A DNA stretch of 64,000 bases from Vicugna vicugna. Lineage: Eukaryota. The stretch spans positions 482,176 through 546,175 of the forward strand of contig MU058449.1 of NCBI GenBank assembly GCA_013265495.1, written 5' to 3'. The notes below the pieces were generated by a model. That model saw only the letters and a list, made by a program, of their open reading frames with translations, made no database searches and was not told the origin of the DNA. Within the stretch, counting starts at the first letter, position 1; every line of letters begins with the position of its first letter. Shown one piece after another: positions 1-14,497 of the stretch. Both the position numbers and the translations under genes were made by a program.

Positions 1-139
1 TTTTCTGATGTCCTTCTGTAATTCGTCCCACCTTTCCACCCTTGCTTGATTTATTTCCAGATCAGTCATCTATTTTCTGTCATCATACATTAGTCTAACT
101 TTTCTACATTTTATCTGAATAATATCATAAAGTTTATAT

Positions 140-830
140 TATTTTAAAAATATCTTTATCAAGATATAATTCATATACAATGAAATTCACTCTTTTAGTG
201 TACAATTCAGTGGTTATTAGCGTATTCACAGAGCTGTAAAACTATTACACTATATAATTTCAAAATAGTTTCATTACCCAAAAAAGAAACCCTAACTTTG
301 GCAGTCATTCCTTAGCGTCCCATCCCTACAACTATTAATCTACATTCTGTCTCTGTGGATTTGCCTATTCTGGATATTTAATACAAATAGAATCATACAA
401 ATATGGCCTTTGATGTCTGATTTCTTTCACAGCATGTTTTCAAGGTCCATTCATTTTGTAACATGTATTAGTTCATATCTCTGTTTATGCCCAAATAGTA
501 TTTCATCATATGGCTATAATGCATTTTGTTTATCCATTGATCAGTTAATGGGCATTTTGGTTGTTTCTAATTTGGGGCTATTATGAATAATGCTACTATG
601 AACGTTTATGTCCAAGTCTATTTTGTGGGCATATGTTTTAAATTCTCTTGGCTATATATACCTCAGAGTGGAAATGCAAGATCATGCAGTCAGCCTATGC
701 TTAAAATTTTGATGAACAGCCAGTGTTCTCCAAAGTGGCTAAACCATTTTACAATCCCACCACAAATTTTCAAAGATTTCAATTCTTCACATCCTCACCA
801 ATACTTGTTATTCTTTCCCCAGAAAAAAAA
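140..830 (-). mobile_element. Old L1M 3' end fragment
   Basis: Typical antisense L1 3' UTR and ORF2-end phrases (gtacaattcagtgg, ttgcctattctggatatt, tttatccatt, aataatgctactatgaac). Confidence 0.8.
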
Positions 831-1097
831 GAATCTTATGCTATCAAGACCCTGTGTGAAGACATGCAGATAGAGGTGACACAGCTCCCTTTCAGGACAG
901 CCCATTAGCCTTTGAATGAGAGATCTAATGAAGTTCCCACAAGTCTTAGAATCCATTAGTCAGCACTTAGAAACAAATCAACTTGTATTGCAATCTGGCA
1001 GCCATAAATTAGAACCGTGAGATACTTGTTAAGGCAAGAACACAAAAATCTTCCTAGAGGTATTGAAATCCTTAGTAAAAGAATGCAGCCAGGTGTC

Positions 1098-2033
1098 TTA
1101 TTTCTTAATAAAGGCGCAGAATACTCGCTCTCGTATCTGTTTGGTCCTCACACCATAAATGATGGGGTTGAGTGAAGGTGGGATAACCAAATAGAGGTTG
1201 GCAACAAGAATGTGAATGTAGCGGGGTATGCTGTGTCCAAATCGGTGAGTGAGGAAAGAGAAGACTGAGGGGATATAGAAAACACAAATGACCCCAACAT
1301 GGGAGCCACACGTGCTTAGGGCTTTTAGCCTTGCATCTTGGGATGGGAGGCGAAAGACAGCACGGAGAATATAAATATAGGAGATGCCAATAAGGACTAG
1401 GTTTAGAACAAAGAAGAAAACAACAAAGAGCCCATAAGTACCATTGATACGGATGTTTCCACAGGACAGTTTTGCGATGCCCATGTGCTCACAGTAGGAA
1501 TGAGCTATCACATGAGCCTGACAAAAGGGTAGGCGGTAGATGAGATAGATCATGGGAAGTGTCAGCAGGACTGGACGAATTACAATGCACATGCTGATGC
1601 CCACCAGCACCCGGGATGTCAGGATGGTCATGTATTGGAGTGGAGCACAGATCGCCACATAGCGGTCAAAGGCCATGGCTAGTAAGACTTCAGCTTCCAT
1701 GCCAGTAAAAGCGTGGATCAGGAACATCTGGGCCACACAAGCTCCAAAGTTAATCTCATGAGCATCAAACCAGAAGATACCCAGCATGCGGGGAACAGAG
1801 GTTGTTGAAAGGGCCAAATCAATGGTTGAAAGGATGGCCAGAAAGTAGAACATAGGCTCCCGGAGTGTCTGCTCCATCTTGATGACTAACAGAATTGTGA
1901 GATTGCCCAGTAAAGCCACAAGGTAAACAAAGCAGAAAGGCAGGGAGATCCAGGCATGGACCTCTTCCAGGCCTGGGATTCCAATGAGGTAAAATGTGGT
2001 TGGGTGAAAAATGCTTCTGTTGTGGTATATCAT
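1098..2033 (-). CDS. OR52J3: Class I olfactory receptor, family 52 subfamily J (OR52J3 orthologue), 311 aa, single coding exon
   Basis: The ORF track starts at a TTG; the true ATG is at 2033 ([11 protein letters not shown], with an N-glycosylation sequon). Motifs [35 protein letters not shown] and [17 protein letters not shown] are present, and the protein closely matches remembered human OR52J3. A pyrimidine-rich splice acceptor AG lies at 2070-2069. Confidence 0.93.
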   Translation of the reverse strand: MIYHNRSIFHPTTFYLIGIPGLEEVHAWISLPFCFVYLVALLGNLTILLVIKMEQTLREPMFYFLAILSTIDLALSTTSVPRMLGIFWFDAHEINFGACVAQMFLIHAFTGMEAEVLLAMAFDRYVAICAPLQYMTILTSRVLVGISMCIVIRPVLLTLPMIYLIYRLPFCQAHVIAHSYCEHMGIAKLSCGNIRINGTYGLFVVFFFVLNLVLIGISYIYILRAVFRLPSQDARLKALSTCGSHVGVICVFYIPSVFSFLTHRFGHSIPRYIHILVANLYLVIPPSLNPIIYGVRTKQIRERVFCAFIKK

Positions 2034-5000
2034 TCTGTTGCTAATCAAAGGAAGTGAAGCTGATCCTCCTGTATGGGGAAAAGTGAAAGAGAGAGAGAGA
2101 TCAGAGGGAAAAGAATCTGGTATGTCAATTGCTGCTCACAGTTTTAGCATAGAGTCAATGTCATATTTACTATATAAATAAGCTTGTTACTAAAGGACAT
2201 ATATTGAATCATCCCCGTAGCCATTTGGTAGGCCAGGTCAAAGTGATGTTCAGAGTTTCTCTTCTGCCTGCTGATTGAGCTCAAATTCTAAACATGAGAC
2301 TTGCAGCAAACTCAATGCAGATTTCTAATAATTAAATCTTGTCATTCACTATGAAAGTTATTGGAGGTGATTCTCTACTTTGGGAAATCCACTCTGGTGA
2401 ATGACACTGGAAATATCAAGACTATATGTAGGACCAAGTTAATACACTACAGAGACAGTCAAAAGTGTTTTAAGCAATCCATAAGGAAATAAATTATAGA
2501 TCCAGGTGTATAGTTACTCACAATCAAAACCTGAATTCTTCTGGTTCCTCATTATTTACTGACATAGAGAGACATACACAAAAACTCTCACCCAAGCCAA
2601 GTAGCCTCCCACAAACACCAAGTCAGATTATAACAGACATAGTTTCATGTTCTCAGACAAGTGTTGGCCCCTTGAGATACCTGGCCAGGAGCAGAGACAC
2701 CCATTGTTCATGCCTTACAGGCTACACAGAGTATCCGTTGGAAAAGGGAAAAGGAATGTTGTGTAATGCCATTTATACTCTTTTGTTCACTATTCACATC
2801 ATATGAGATACTCGCAGAGCACCTGTGAATTTTTCCTGTGTTAATTTCTCCACTGTTGTGAAGCCAGCACTTGCTTGGTTACTCCTCCTACCAGTTCAAT
2901 ATGCTGCAACTGGGTAGGTAACCCTGAAAGCCTCAGGTGGTTTTGGTACTAGAGGAGGTATTTTTTGTAGCTCTCTGGTATAGCAGTGTCTCAATAGAGA
3001 AGAATCTACTTTTGCAAGGATCTAAAGGGAGTGGAGAAAGATCCTTGAGAAATGCTTTCCAATGCTACAGAATGAATCAAGCCACTCAAAATGAAGTAAA
3101 GAAAGTTACTGTGGGGTATGTGATACAGCAGTTGTAATTCAAAATAAAGTATAGAGATCCTTTTGTCTTTGCCATAGCTTCACTTTCTTATATTTTAAAA
3201 AACTCTTTATTTTTCAATGTAGAAAACCTATATTGAAAGGTGAAAAAATAATCTCTCCATCTTTAGTGAGTTCAGTTCAATAGAGAGAGAGCAAGTGTTG
3301 CAAAGTGCACTGACTCTTATTTATGTTCTATAAAAACAGGCAGCCTGGACAAATAAAACACCACTGTCTAGTAGAAAGATGATGGCCATGGCCAAGGCTT
3401 GGTGTCCCTGTTGCTTATTTTGGAGCAATACTAGAAGCCCACCTTCAACAGTGGATCCCACTAACTACATGCCTTTCTGTTGCCAGTGTTTATTTTACCC
3501 AGTGCAATTGACACAAGGATATTAAATGTCTGGGATCTTTCTGAACATTTTAAAAGATAACTTATCACCATTTAAAAACATAATTTTTTTTTAACCTGGT
3601 GCAGGATGGCCACATGGTCCATCCTTATCCTGCTCTGCCAATGTGTCTCTCCATTTACTGCCACAGCCATTCACCAGAAATCAGCGGCTGATTCACCTCT
3701 TTCTTCCGTATTTCTTGGCATATGCCCAGCATTTCAACATATATTCCTCTTCTGAGAAGTACATGGAGGGCATGTTTATATTAGATGTCTAGCACCTAGG
3801 AGAGATTTCTAAGAATACACCATATTTTAATCCCAACTTTACACAGAGCTGTGGGATTGAGTCCTTAGGGACTGCTCACAAACTTCTAGATTCTACTCCA
3901 TAAACAGAAGAGGCCAAGGGATATAGAAGCAAACTGAAGTGTAGGTAAATAAAAGTTAAAAAATAGGTATATGACACACAGTGCTGGCATCTATACTTGA
4001 CACATATGAAAACAGATATATTGTATCTCCACATGAATATGAATAAGTGACCCAGTTCTATGGGTTACTGATCTACATAGACAGTAAACTCACTAATTTA
4101 ATTTCAAATATTTGAACAAGTATGAAAGAAAGGCTTATTTTTTGGCTTTGAATTTCACTATGTCTCTTTACGAACAGTTTTTTCCAAACTTTTATAACTG
4201 CTTTGAGTTTCCATAGGTATTATGACCAGTTCTGGTTTAAGAATATTAAGTAATCTGTATTTTTCAGTCCTTTTTCTAGATGTCCAAGTGGAGCTGATAG
4301 TGAAAGTTCTCTCTGCTCTGTTGGGTGAGATGTAAGAAGTGTCCCCGCTGCCTATTTATCCAGTTGGTGACCATTTATCACATTCCGTGTGCTTGCTTAA
4401 TTCAGAATACTGATAGAAGCAAAGAAGAGAGGTGAAGAGAGTGAGAGTTGGTGGTGACATTTTCTAGAACTTAAGTGTGATGTAGCCCCTCAGGCTCCTG
4501 CAACTTTTACTTCATATCTGTGAGCCATTGTAAATCCCACTTAAGGATGTTGTGTTTGCTTAAGATAATATGATTTGATTTGCTGCCACTTGCAGTGGAG
4601 TGTCTTACTACAGACTTTCTAATTGCCAGAGTTGAGTTTGAACTAAATATAGTAGTGCTTATTAGAAGGAGTTATTCATTCAGATAACTTTTAGTAAGGA
4701 CCTAACTAGATCCTAACAATATACATGTGACTACTCCATTTACTTTATGATTTATGACTGCTATTTGTGCTTGATTTTATTTTATGTCCCAAGAATGTAG
4801 AACAAGTGAACTCTATATGCATGAGAGCTTCCAGACATACTCACAGATTCTTTGGCTTTCTTATCATAAAATATATTCATATCTTCAAAATTTGCTGGAA
4901 TTACTATGCCTTAACAAACATACAATGAACAACTTATATGTTTCAGGCACTTTGCTGGACATTGACAAAGATAGAAATTAAAAGACCCTATTTCAGTTAT

Positions 5001-5819
5001 GACTCTATCTCATTGATGTAGAATACAGACAGTTAAGAAATAATACTGTTGTTTAGACCTATAATTGTCAAAAAAAAAAGGATATTATATAGCCTTGGTT
5101 AAGGAGCAGCTCACCCAATATGCATACTAAAGGAGGTAATTTATTAAATATGTTGCAGAAAATCAAAAATATAAATGAATGAAATATTTGCTTGTTCCTG
5201 GTTTTCACATTTAATACATACTTCACAGGAGCATTTTTATGGTTTATTTGATTTTGCTGATGACACGTACATCCCTCTACAGCTCTCCCCACCCCAGCGC
5301 CACACACATAGCCTAGGTGTTTAGGAGATGCTGATTCTATGTGTGTATGTGTGTACATGTGTGTGAGTGAGTGAGTGAGTGACTGTGTGATTAATTTTTT
5401 AGTTCACTTTAGTCACTGTTGACCATGTCTGAGTTATTTAGAGCCATATTTGCTTTAACCTAAATGAGCATACTAATTTTCTTTTTTTTTCAAGAATAAT
5501 ACTTTAAAGTTTATTTAACCATAAGTAAGATAGTGTTTCCTGTGGCTGTTGTTGATATAGTCATATAGCTGGTTTTGCAGAGACAGGAAAAGGGGAAAAG
5601 AAGATGGCAAACAGAGTTATCAGCATATTATTATAATGCCAAGACATCTAGTGTGTTGTTGCTGCTAAATTAAATCAATAATTTGAAATTTGATGAACTT
5701 GCTGTATATGCAGTACGTATTTGCCTCATTCTCTATTGCTTCACTGTCGCTCTCAAATCCCTACATTTGTTTCACAGTTGCCAAGTGACCTGAGCATTCA
5801 TTGCAGCTGAAATTTCCCA

Positions 5820-6762
5820 TCAACCTGGTTTCCCACATAATTTTGTAAGGATCAGACTTCTAATCTGCTGACTCTTCACCGAGTACACAATGGGATTCAT
5901 TAGAGGGGGAACCAGAAGGAAAGTATCAGCTATGACGACTCTAATAAGTGGGGAAACACTTTTGGCAAAGCGGTGAATAATAGCCAAGGTGACAATAGGC
6001 ACATAGAAGATGAGCACAGCACAGATGTGGGAGATGCAAGTGTTGAAGACTCTGAGACAGCCCTTATGTGAGGCGATGCCCAGAACAATTTTCAGGATCA
6101 GAACATAAGACACAGAAATACACACCAAGTCTAACATAGCCATTAGAGCCACAAGTAATCCATAGATGATATTGACCCTGTTGTCAGAGCAGGCCAGCTT
6201 CATGACATCCTGGTGGAGGCAGTAAGAGTGGGATAGAAGGCTTTTCTTACAGAATTTTAGCCTCTTTAGAATAAAGGGGAAAGGAAAGACCAATAGAATA
6301 CTTTTCACGGCAAATGCAAGGCCAACATTCATGACTCTGGCACTGGTCAGAATGGAGGTGTATCGCAGAGGGTTGTAGATAGCTATAAAACGATCAATGG
6401 ACATGAGGAGAAGAACTGATGACTCCATAGCTGAGAATCCATGAATGAAAAACTCCTGGGCAAAGCAAGCATCAGGGGAAATTCTAGTGATGCTGAACCA
6501 GAAGATTCTCAGCATGGTTGGAAGGGAGGAGATAGACAGTCCCAAATCAGAAAAGGCCAGCATGGAGAGGAAATAGTACATAGGCTCATGCAGAGAGGTC
6601 TCTGTTTTTATGAAAAAGAGGATGGTGCAGTTCCCCAGGATGGCAACGAGGTACATGAGGCACATTGGGATAGAGACCCAAATGTGAGCATGCTCCATGC
6701 CTGGGATCCCAGTCAGGAAGAAGGTAGAGATTTCCACTTCAGAGGTGTTAAAAGATGGACAT
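5820..6762 (-). pseudogene. OR51A-subfamily olfactory receptor with a +1 frameshift after codon 4 (probable pseudogene, null allele or assembly indel)
   Basis: The ATG at 6762 reads ATG TCC ATC TTT TAA. Removing one T of the T4 run restores MSIFNTSEVEISTFFLTGIPG, continuous with the open 7TM frame (LHEPMYYFL, MSIDRFIAI, SHSYCLHQD, PPLMNPIVYSVK) to the stop at 5820. Splice acceptor AG at 6810-6809. Confidence 0.85.
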
Positions 6763-7229
6763 TGCTGGAATATGAGGGGCTCAGGATATAAGTCTCAGAA
6801 GAGCCTTCCTGCAATGGCAGAAATTAGTTTGCTTAAGTGTGTATTTGTTTAGCCATTTGATCAGTGGAAATCTCATAATTACAGTGTTCTACAATAATTC
6901 TTAGACTAAAACAAAACATTTAAAAAATACGGACAGAAGCAATATCATAACATATATTAGTAGAATATCAACAGAAGTGTGAAAATATATTTATTCCACA
7001 TATATTCCTCAATAGTTGGATATAAATATTTGAAAGGCTTTTCTTAGACTCAGTACACAGGAAGGAAATAAAATTTCCCAGCCTCTATTTCCTACATAAT
7101 ATTTTGTTAGGATAGTGATGCTATATGAATTTGGAAATTGTATACATTAATATAGGTTAGGTTCAAATCAAGAATTTCACACTACAAATGCAGTTGCAGT
7201 TTTAATATTTAACCTTTGAGAAATTGTAT

Positions 7230-8340
7230 TCTTTTTCAAAAATGATGATAGGAAAACTGGATTGGCATGGCAAAGAATTAATTTCAAACCCTACCTCATA
7301 CCATATAAAAATAAGACATATCAAAATATTTATTTATATACAATAGCTAAACAGTAAAACTATTTAAAAGAAACTTAGGAGTAAATCTTTGTGAATTTAG
7401 GTTAGGCAATGGATTTATATGGCACCAAAAATACACACAAATAAAAAAGAAAAAGTACATAAATTAGGTTTAATCATAATTTTTTAAAATTGTGATTCAA
7501 AAGATACCATCAAGAAAGTCAACAGACAGCCCACAGAATGAGAGAAGATATTTTCAAGTCATATATCTGGATATACGTTCAGAATTTAGAAAGAATCCTT
7601 ATGAATCAGTGATGAACATGGAAGAGATCCTCCTCATCATTGATCATCGAGGAAATGTAAGCCAAAACCCCAGTGAGAGACCATTCCACTTCTTTAGGTT
7701 AGCTAAAATTGAAACAATAGCAAGTATTGACGAGGATCTAGAGAAAGTTGAACATTTGCACATTGCTGGTGGAATTATAAAATGCTGTGCAAACTCTGGA
7801 AGGCAGTTTGATAGTTCCTCAAAATGTCGAACACAGTTACCATATGACCCAGAAATTCCATGCTTAGATATATTGCTAAGATAATTTTTTTAATTAAGAA
7901 ACAAATCAAAACCTTGTACACAGCTGAATTTTCCATCAGCTGATGTGTGAATAAACAAACAGTTCTGCCTCCATGCAGTGGACTATTATTTGGCTATAAA
8001 AATGAATGAGTACTGATAAATGCAATAGCACAGTTGAACCTTTATAACATTATCTCAGTGAAAGAAGACAGTCACAAAATACCACACATTGCATTATTTC
8101 ATCTATATAAAATGTTTAGAAGCGGCATCCATAGAGGCAGAGAGTATATCAGTGATTTTCAGGGCCTGGGGAAAGGGACGAATCAGTAGTAGCTGCTAAT
8201 GGATAAAGGATTTCTTTGGGGGTTGTTGAAAATGATGAAGATAGTTGTACAACTCTGTGAATACACTAAAACCCAAAGAATCACACAACTTAAAATCATG
8301 AATTTTATGCTAGGTGAATTAAATCTCGGTAAAGTTGTTA
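7230..8340 (+). mobile_element. Old L1M ORF2 end and 3' UTR fragment
   Basis: Degenerate ORF2 C-terminus (LPYDPEIP) and 3' UTR. Confidence 0.8.
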
Positions 8341-10524
8341 TTTATTCCTCCTAAATACTTACTTTTATTACTCCTTTATATATAAAACTTACAATATGAA
8401 AGTGGCATTATGAAAAGCCACTTGGGTACCTTGATATCCCTGTTACTAAGGTACAGAGTAGACTAGTCTGAATGCTATCTAGGAAAATTTGAGGTTAACT
8501 GAGACAGCTGGCCTTCCACTTTAGGGAAAAAGGTCCATGATTTTAGGTACCAAATATGAAATAGGAATTCCAACCTTGGGTCATTTTTAAAAGGATTCTG
8601 CCAACACAGTGAGAACATGGGTTGAGGAATTAAGATCAGTCAACTAAAGGAGAGGCAAAGCTCAAAGGAAAGTAGCACTGAGAAGATCTAGCTGGTGAGG
8701 GGGTGGGAGGATGGTCTGTGAAGATTGCAGAGATGTCCTGATGAGAAAAAGGGAGCCTCAAATATCTCCCAGAATTGGAAAGCCTGAAGCCATCTTATGG
8801 CAAAACTAGTCAAGTAAAATGTTCTCTGTCTCCAATTTTTTCTCCTCTGTTCCTGTACTCCAACCTCTGAAAGATCATCAGTTGGGTGAAGAGGGAAGTG
8901 GTATGGGAGAAAGGGCTAGGAAGACAAACATCTCTTCCCTGTTGGGAAGGTGCTATTTGCAACTGACTTCAGCTGGGAAGAAGTAAGAAATCTTACTTTT
9001 GACTGAAGATTGAAGCAGTTTACTAAAGGTTTTAATTATGAATTGTATTTTTTAAATTGAATTGACAACAACACTTTCTTTTACCTGGGGATTACCTAGA
9101 ATGTTATTGTATCTGCCCCAGTTTATATCAAACATCCAGGAATGGACCACCTACATTTTAAAAGTTTAAAAGTGATAGGAAAAGATACAAAAAAAAAATG
9201 TACCTTTGTTTTTTTATTAACCCCCATAATTTCTGCTTTTTGTCTTGTCATGTTATGGAAGCATTTTTGAACTAGAACAAAATAGACACATAATCTTTAG
9301 CTGTCAAAATTTATGATTTTATGAGTTATCTAAAGAAAAGGAATTGAAAAGTTAGAGTAAAACTACAGTTAATGTTTTACATTTGTTTGATGATATTTAC
9401 TGTCTAGGGTGCTGAACATGGTACTTTCCACAATCATACTTAATGGGGCCACAAATTGGGAATTTAAAATTTGCCCTGATTGTAGAATACGCCCTGTGAT
9501 ATGATAAGGACATAAGGATTTTAAATCAAGGGAAATACTGCTTTCCCAGAAAGGAATTTTTGAGTCCCATTAGGAAAATAAATAATACGGATTTTTTTCT
9601 TTGTCATGGGCAAAAAATATGGGACTAAATACTTGTAAGAGTGATCACAGCATAATTCTGGCCAGAGAGGGTGTTCATTGCCACTCTCCTCCCTCTTCAT
9701 ATTTAACTTCCCTCTTAATGCCCCAGTCCACTTCCTTCAATTTCCAGAATATTATGCTGTTTCAAGTCTCTTGCTTTTACATGTGATAAAAATGTTTTTC
9801 CTTTCCTTGTCTGCCTTTATTCTAAATCCTTTCCTGGAACATTTCTTCACCTTCCACCCAAAATAGAATATGCCTTTCTTTATGTCCTTTGGCATGTTTA
9901 TCATATGAATTATGATCCACTTATTTGACATCTGTTCCTTCTACTCCACTGACGTCTTTGTATTTTATACTTACCTGGATGTCCCTTGATGTTTTTGCAC
10001 ATTTGGTTCTCAAGAAGTATTTGTTGGATAAATATAAGCTGTCTTTCTTAACTGGAGACTGATGGAATGCAGGCCTCGAATAAAATGAATAAGGGTAACT
10101 GCTACACATGGATGACTGCCTCATCTGGCATCAATTCTTTACCCCAAACCTTGACTTGCTATCTGATCTGTATGAGTAAAGTAGTCCCAGAGGGTCAATG
10201 TTAGTTACCAGTGAGGATTAAATGGCAACATTTAAGTAAGAGATACACATTTTAATGTAACTGATGACTGGCTGTCATTTTGTGCTGGCATTAAAGCAGT
10301 ATCATTGATGATAACTTGTTCACATTATTTAAACAGATTGTTAATGTCCCAAAGTGTCAAAAGATACATTGCAAATAAATATAAGTTTAACATATATGGT
10401 TTGCTTTCCTACAAATTTCTAATGACTAGGGAATTGGTATTACCTCATAAAGTAGTATATTCGTCAACTGTTTATTACGCCATCTTGTTCTCTTTTTTAC
10501 TCTCTCTTGTTCTCTCATGTGTTT

Positions 10525-10730
10525 GTTTTCCTATTGAAGTATAGTCAGTTTACAATGTTGTGTCAGTTTCTGGTGTACAGCATAATGTTTCAGTGATACA
10601 TATACATACATATATTCCTTTTCATATTCTTTTTCAATATAGGTTACTACAAGATATTGAATATAGCTCCCTGTGCTGTACAGTATAAATCTGTTTATCT
10701 ATTTTATATATAGTAGTATCTGTAAATCTC
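10525..10730 (-). mobile_element. Short young L1 3' UTR fragment
   Basis: Its reverse complement matches the 3' end of the L1 at 56090-56260. Confidence 0.8.
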
Positions 10731-12740
10731 GTTGTTCTGTCATATGTTACAAAAGTCTTGCAGATTCCTTTTCTACACCATCAGTGTCAACTTTTCTACC
10801 ACTGAATCTTTTTCTAAATATGCTTATCCTCTCATTCTCACAGAAAAATAAAGTATTAAAGTAAATAGACAGGGGATAATAGGCTAAATAGTGAAGAATA
10901 TGGAGAAAATTCTAAATGTAATTAACACAAAAGAAGATAAAAACATTATAAGCAACTGATTCAATAGCTATTACATTTATGTTTAGAAGGAACTCACCAC
11001 TACTATCAGAGGAAGCCGTATGTCTCCAGTGTCTTTGTGCCAGGTGTCAGGCTTGTCTTCCTGTAATGTTAGTTTTGTCTTCTGTCTTCTCTTAAGAAAA
11101 TCATAATAACCCCCTCTTCCCAAAGTCAAACACATTGACTGACGTGCAAAGCCCTGCCCACTTCCTTGTCAGGTACACACACTTCCAGCCTCCTGGTCAG
11201 CCCTGCTCCCCACTTAAGTCCAATGTTGCTACCAAGTGGGTTGATTAGCCCCTAAACACACCTGTCATAATGTTCCCTGCTTCCATGTTATTGCTTCAGA
11301 AGATAATCTGAAATGAAAGAGTGTCTTGATGCATGTAAAGCAATAATTACTTTTTAGTTTTACATGGGGCACCCTAGGAAAGAATTTGAAATTTTTGATA
11401 TTACAAAACTTGAGCAACATCTGTTGTTGCTTCTGTTTGGAAATCCAGTTGTGTTTTGGCGGGGGGGGGGGGTTGTTTGTTTGTTTGTTTGTTTTGCTCT
11501 CATTAGTTTGCTTGCTGGTTTTAACCTTGACTAGTGAACATAAATGAGTTTACAGACTTTAGGTCAAGGGCTAACTATATAATTAGAATAATAATAACTC
11601 AGTGAGTAGTGTCCTTTTGGTGATAATACTGCTGCTTTTCCTCCTCCCTGTATATGGTATCCCATATAATCATATATAATTTTTATATACATTGACATTA
11701 GCTGAATTAATGAAAATTGTATCCTCAGCTTAGAGTCCTCTATCTGAAAATTAAATGATTAAATGGAATTTGTACAAAATTCACCTTTACATGATTTATT
11801 AAAATTCATGAACTAGTAATAGGTAGCTTTTTGTCAGAACAGTAAAGTTGCTTTCTTGTTTATTAAGAGAGGAAAATATAAAGATTTAAAACTAACTGAA
11901 AGCATGCTGTCTTAGGACAGACTATAGAGAGGAAAACTCCAAATGGTCATTATTGTTTTCTGATTGATAACCACTGCAAATTTAGTGGTCTTGCATTTTA
12001 AACAACTTATACTAACATGTAAGACAATAACTTTACACTCCGCAATTATGTCACCCCAGAGCGAGGTCCAGCAACCTGACTCTGAATTTCTTTCTGTGAT
12101 CAGATGATAATTCTGGCCTAGAACCTATTTGATTTACATGGGTTATCAGGACATGAACTTCCATCAATGTTTCTGCAGAAATTGTTGGACTTTTTATAAG
12201 ATTGGTCTGATAATATCCATCCTAATCACTGGAAGACCACAGTCAACTAGATAATATGAGAAATGTTGCTTGAGCTGGTACAAAGAAAGATAGCAGCTGT
12301 GAACAACAAGAAACTTACCAGCAAGTGAGTAGATAGGTCATCGGTCCACACATCAGAGTAAAGAAAAAACAGGAGGCACGAAGTTGCCAGAGATTCACTG
12401 ATGTATAGACACACCAATGTACCCCAACCTACAGCGTCTATTCATGCCTCTCTGATACTTTCCCAGTGGTCCAGAAGCCTGTGTGGAATCCAGCTCAGCA
12501 AGCTGTACTCAGAGGGAAAAAAAACTCCCTGAAAGGTGATCTCTCAAAGTTGAGTGGAGCAAAGGAGAGTCATTCAGCATCCTATAAAGGGTAAATTCGA
12601 TTTGTGGACAAATCTTAAGCCTCCTCTGTCTCTCTGGCAGAATTATGCTCCTCTTTTCCATGATTGTGATTACCATGTGAAAAATCTTAGAGCAGTTTTA
12701 CAGTGTATAACTATGCCTTTAGGTATCTATTTCTATATCA

Positions 12741-13343
12741 AATTCAGAACTTCTTCATATGCTCGAGTCTCCAGAGTCTCTCCATTCTAAAGCTGATGAA
12801 GCTGTAGCTGTACTACAAGCCCACCAAGCTAAAGAGGCTGCCCAGAAAGCAATTAACAGTGCCACTGGTGTTCCAACTGTTTAAAATTGATCAGGGACCA
12901 CGAAAAAGAAACTCGTGCTTCACAGAAGAAAAATACCTAAACATCAAAAAACTTAAATATTGTTGGAAAAAAACATTGCAAAATATAAAATAAATTAAAA
13001 AAGGAAAGGAAACTTTGAACCTTATGTACTGAGCAAATGCCAGGTCTAGCAAACATAATGCTAGTCCTAGATTACATATTGATTTAAAAACAACAAAAAA
13101 GCTACAAAAAAATAGTAAAATATAAAAACAAATTAATGTTTTATAGACCCTGGAAAAAAGAATTTTCAGCAAAGTAAAAAATTTAAAGCATTCCTTTCTT
13201 TAATTTTGTAATTCTTTACTGTGGAATAGCTCAGTATGTCACTTCTGTTTTAAATAACAGAATTGATAACTGAGCAAGGAAACGTAATTTGGGTTATAAA
13301 ATTCTTGCTTTAATAAAAATTCCTTAAACAGTGAAAAAAAAAA
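12741..13343 (+). pseudogene. PABPC1: 5'-truncated processed pseudogene of PABPC1 (last 47 codons, 3' UTR and poly(A))
   Basis: Translates [50 protein letters not shown] (stop 12882-12884), the PABPC1 C-terminus. An A-rich 3' UTR follows, with AATAAA at 13312 and an A10 tail at 13334-13343. Confidence 0.93.
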
Positions 13344-14497
13344 GATGATATAATCTTTTCTATAGGAACTCTTAATGAATCTACTGTTAGACTATTTAGA
13401 ACCTACTAAAAGACTATTAGACCTAATGAGATAAAGAAAGTGGCAGGATACAAGTTTGATATAGGAAAATCAATTATATTTGTATACACTTGCAATGAAC
13501 AATATAAAAAAGAATTTAATAAAATAATTCAATTTATAACAGTATCAAAAATAGTTAAATATTCAGAAAAAAAATTTAACAAGAAAGTGAAAAACTTATA
13601 CTAGGAAAATATCAAAACAGTAATGAATGAAATTAGAAAAGATCATCAAAAATATTTTTTAAAAAAGATCTTTAAGACAATTTCCATTTATTAGTGGGAA
13701 AAATCCCATGTGAAGAAATAAGATTTAACCTTGTTAAGATGGCAATACTTCTCAGCTGATCTACAGATTCAATAAAATCCTTAACAAAATCATAGTTGAC
13801 TTCCTTGTGCAAAATGACAAGCTTATTCTAAACTTCTTATGAAATTGCAAGACACAGAATGGTGAAAAACAATCCTATTAAAGAAGAATAAAAAAAGATG
13901 ACTCACATTTCCAGATTTCAAAACTTACTGCAAAGCAACTGTGATCAAGACAATTTATTTCTAAACATAAAGATAGACAAAACATATCAATGGAATAGAA
14001 TTGAGACTCTAGGAACAAATGTACATATGTATGGTCAACCAATTTTCAACAAGGATGCCAAGACCATTCAATGTGAAAACACCATTTCAATAAATGCTAG
14101 GAATACTAGATAGCTGTATGCAAAGGAAAAAAAAGATTACACCATTTCAAAAATGAACTAAAAATAGATCAAAGATATAAATGCAAGAGGTAAAACTACA
14201 AAACTTTCTTAGAACAAAATGTAAAGGTAAATTTTTATGATCTCAGATTTGGCAGAGGTTTTTAATATATGACACCAAAAGCATGAACTACAAAAGAAAA
14301 AAAAATGGACTTCATCAAAATTAAAATATTTTGTGCTCCAAAGGAAATGATACCACCAAGAAAGTGATATGACAACCCAGGAAATGGGAGAAAATATCTG
14401 CAAATCATATATGATAAGAGCCTTATATCTAGAATATATAAAATAATAAAAAGACAAAAAAATTTTCAATGGTCAAGGGATTTGAATAAACACTTCT

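Noticed and set aside
6441..6791. Antisense or alternative-frame ORFs over OR genes (also 1105-1311, 18817-19074, 25464-25649, 62546-63079)
   Set aside because: Shadow frames of OR coding sequence with no independent support.
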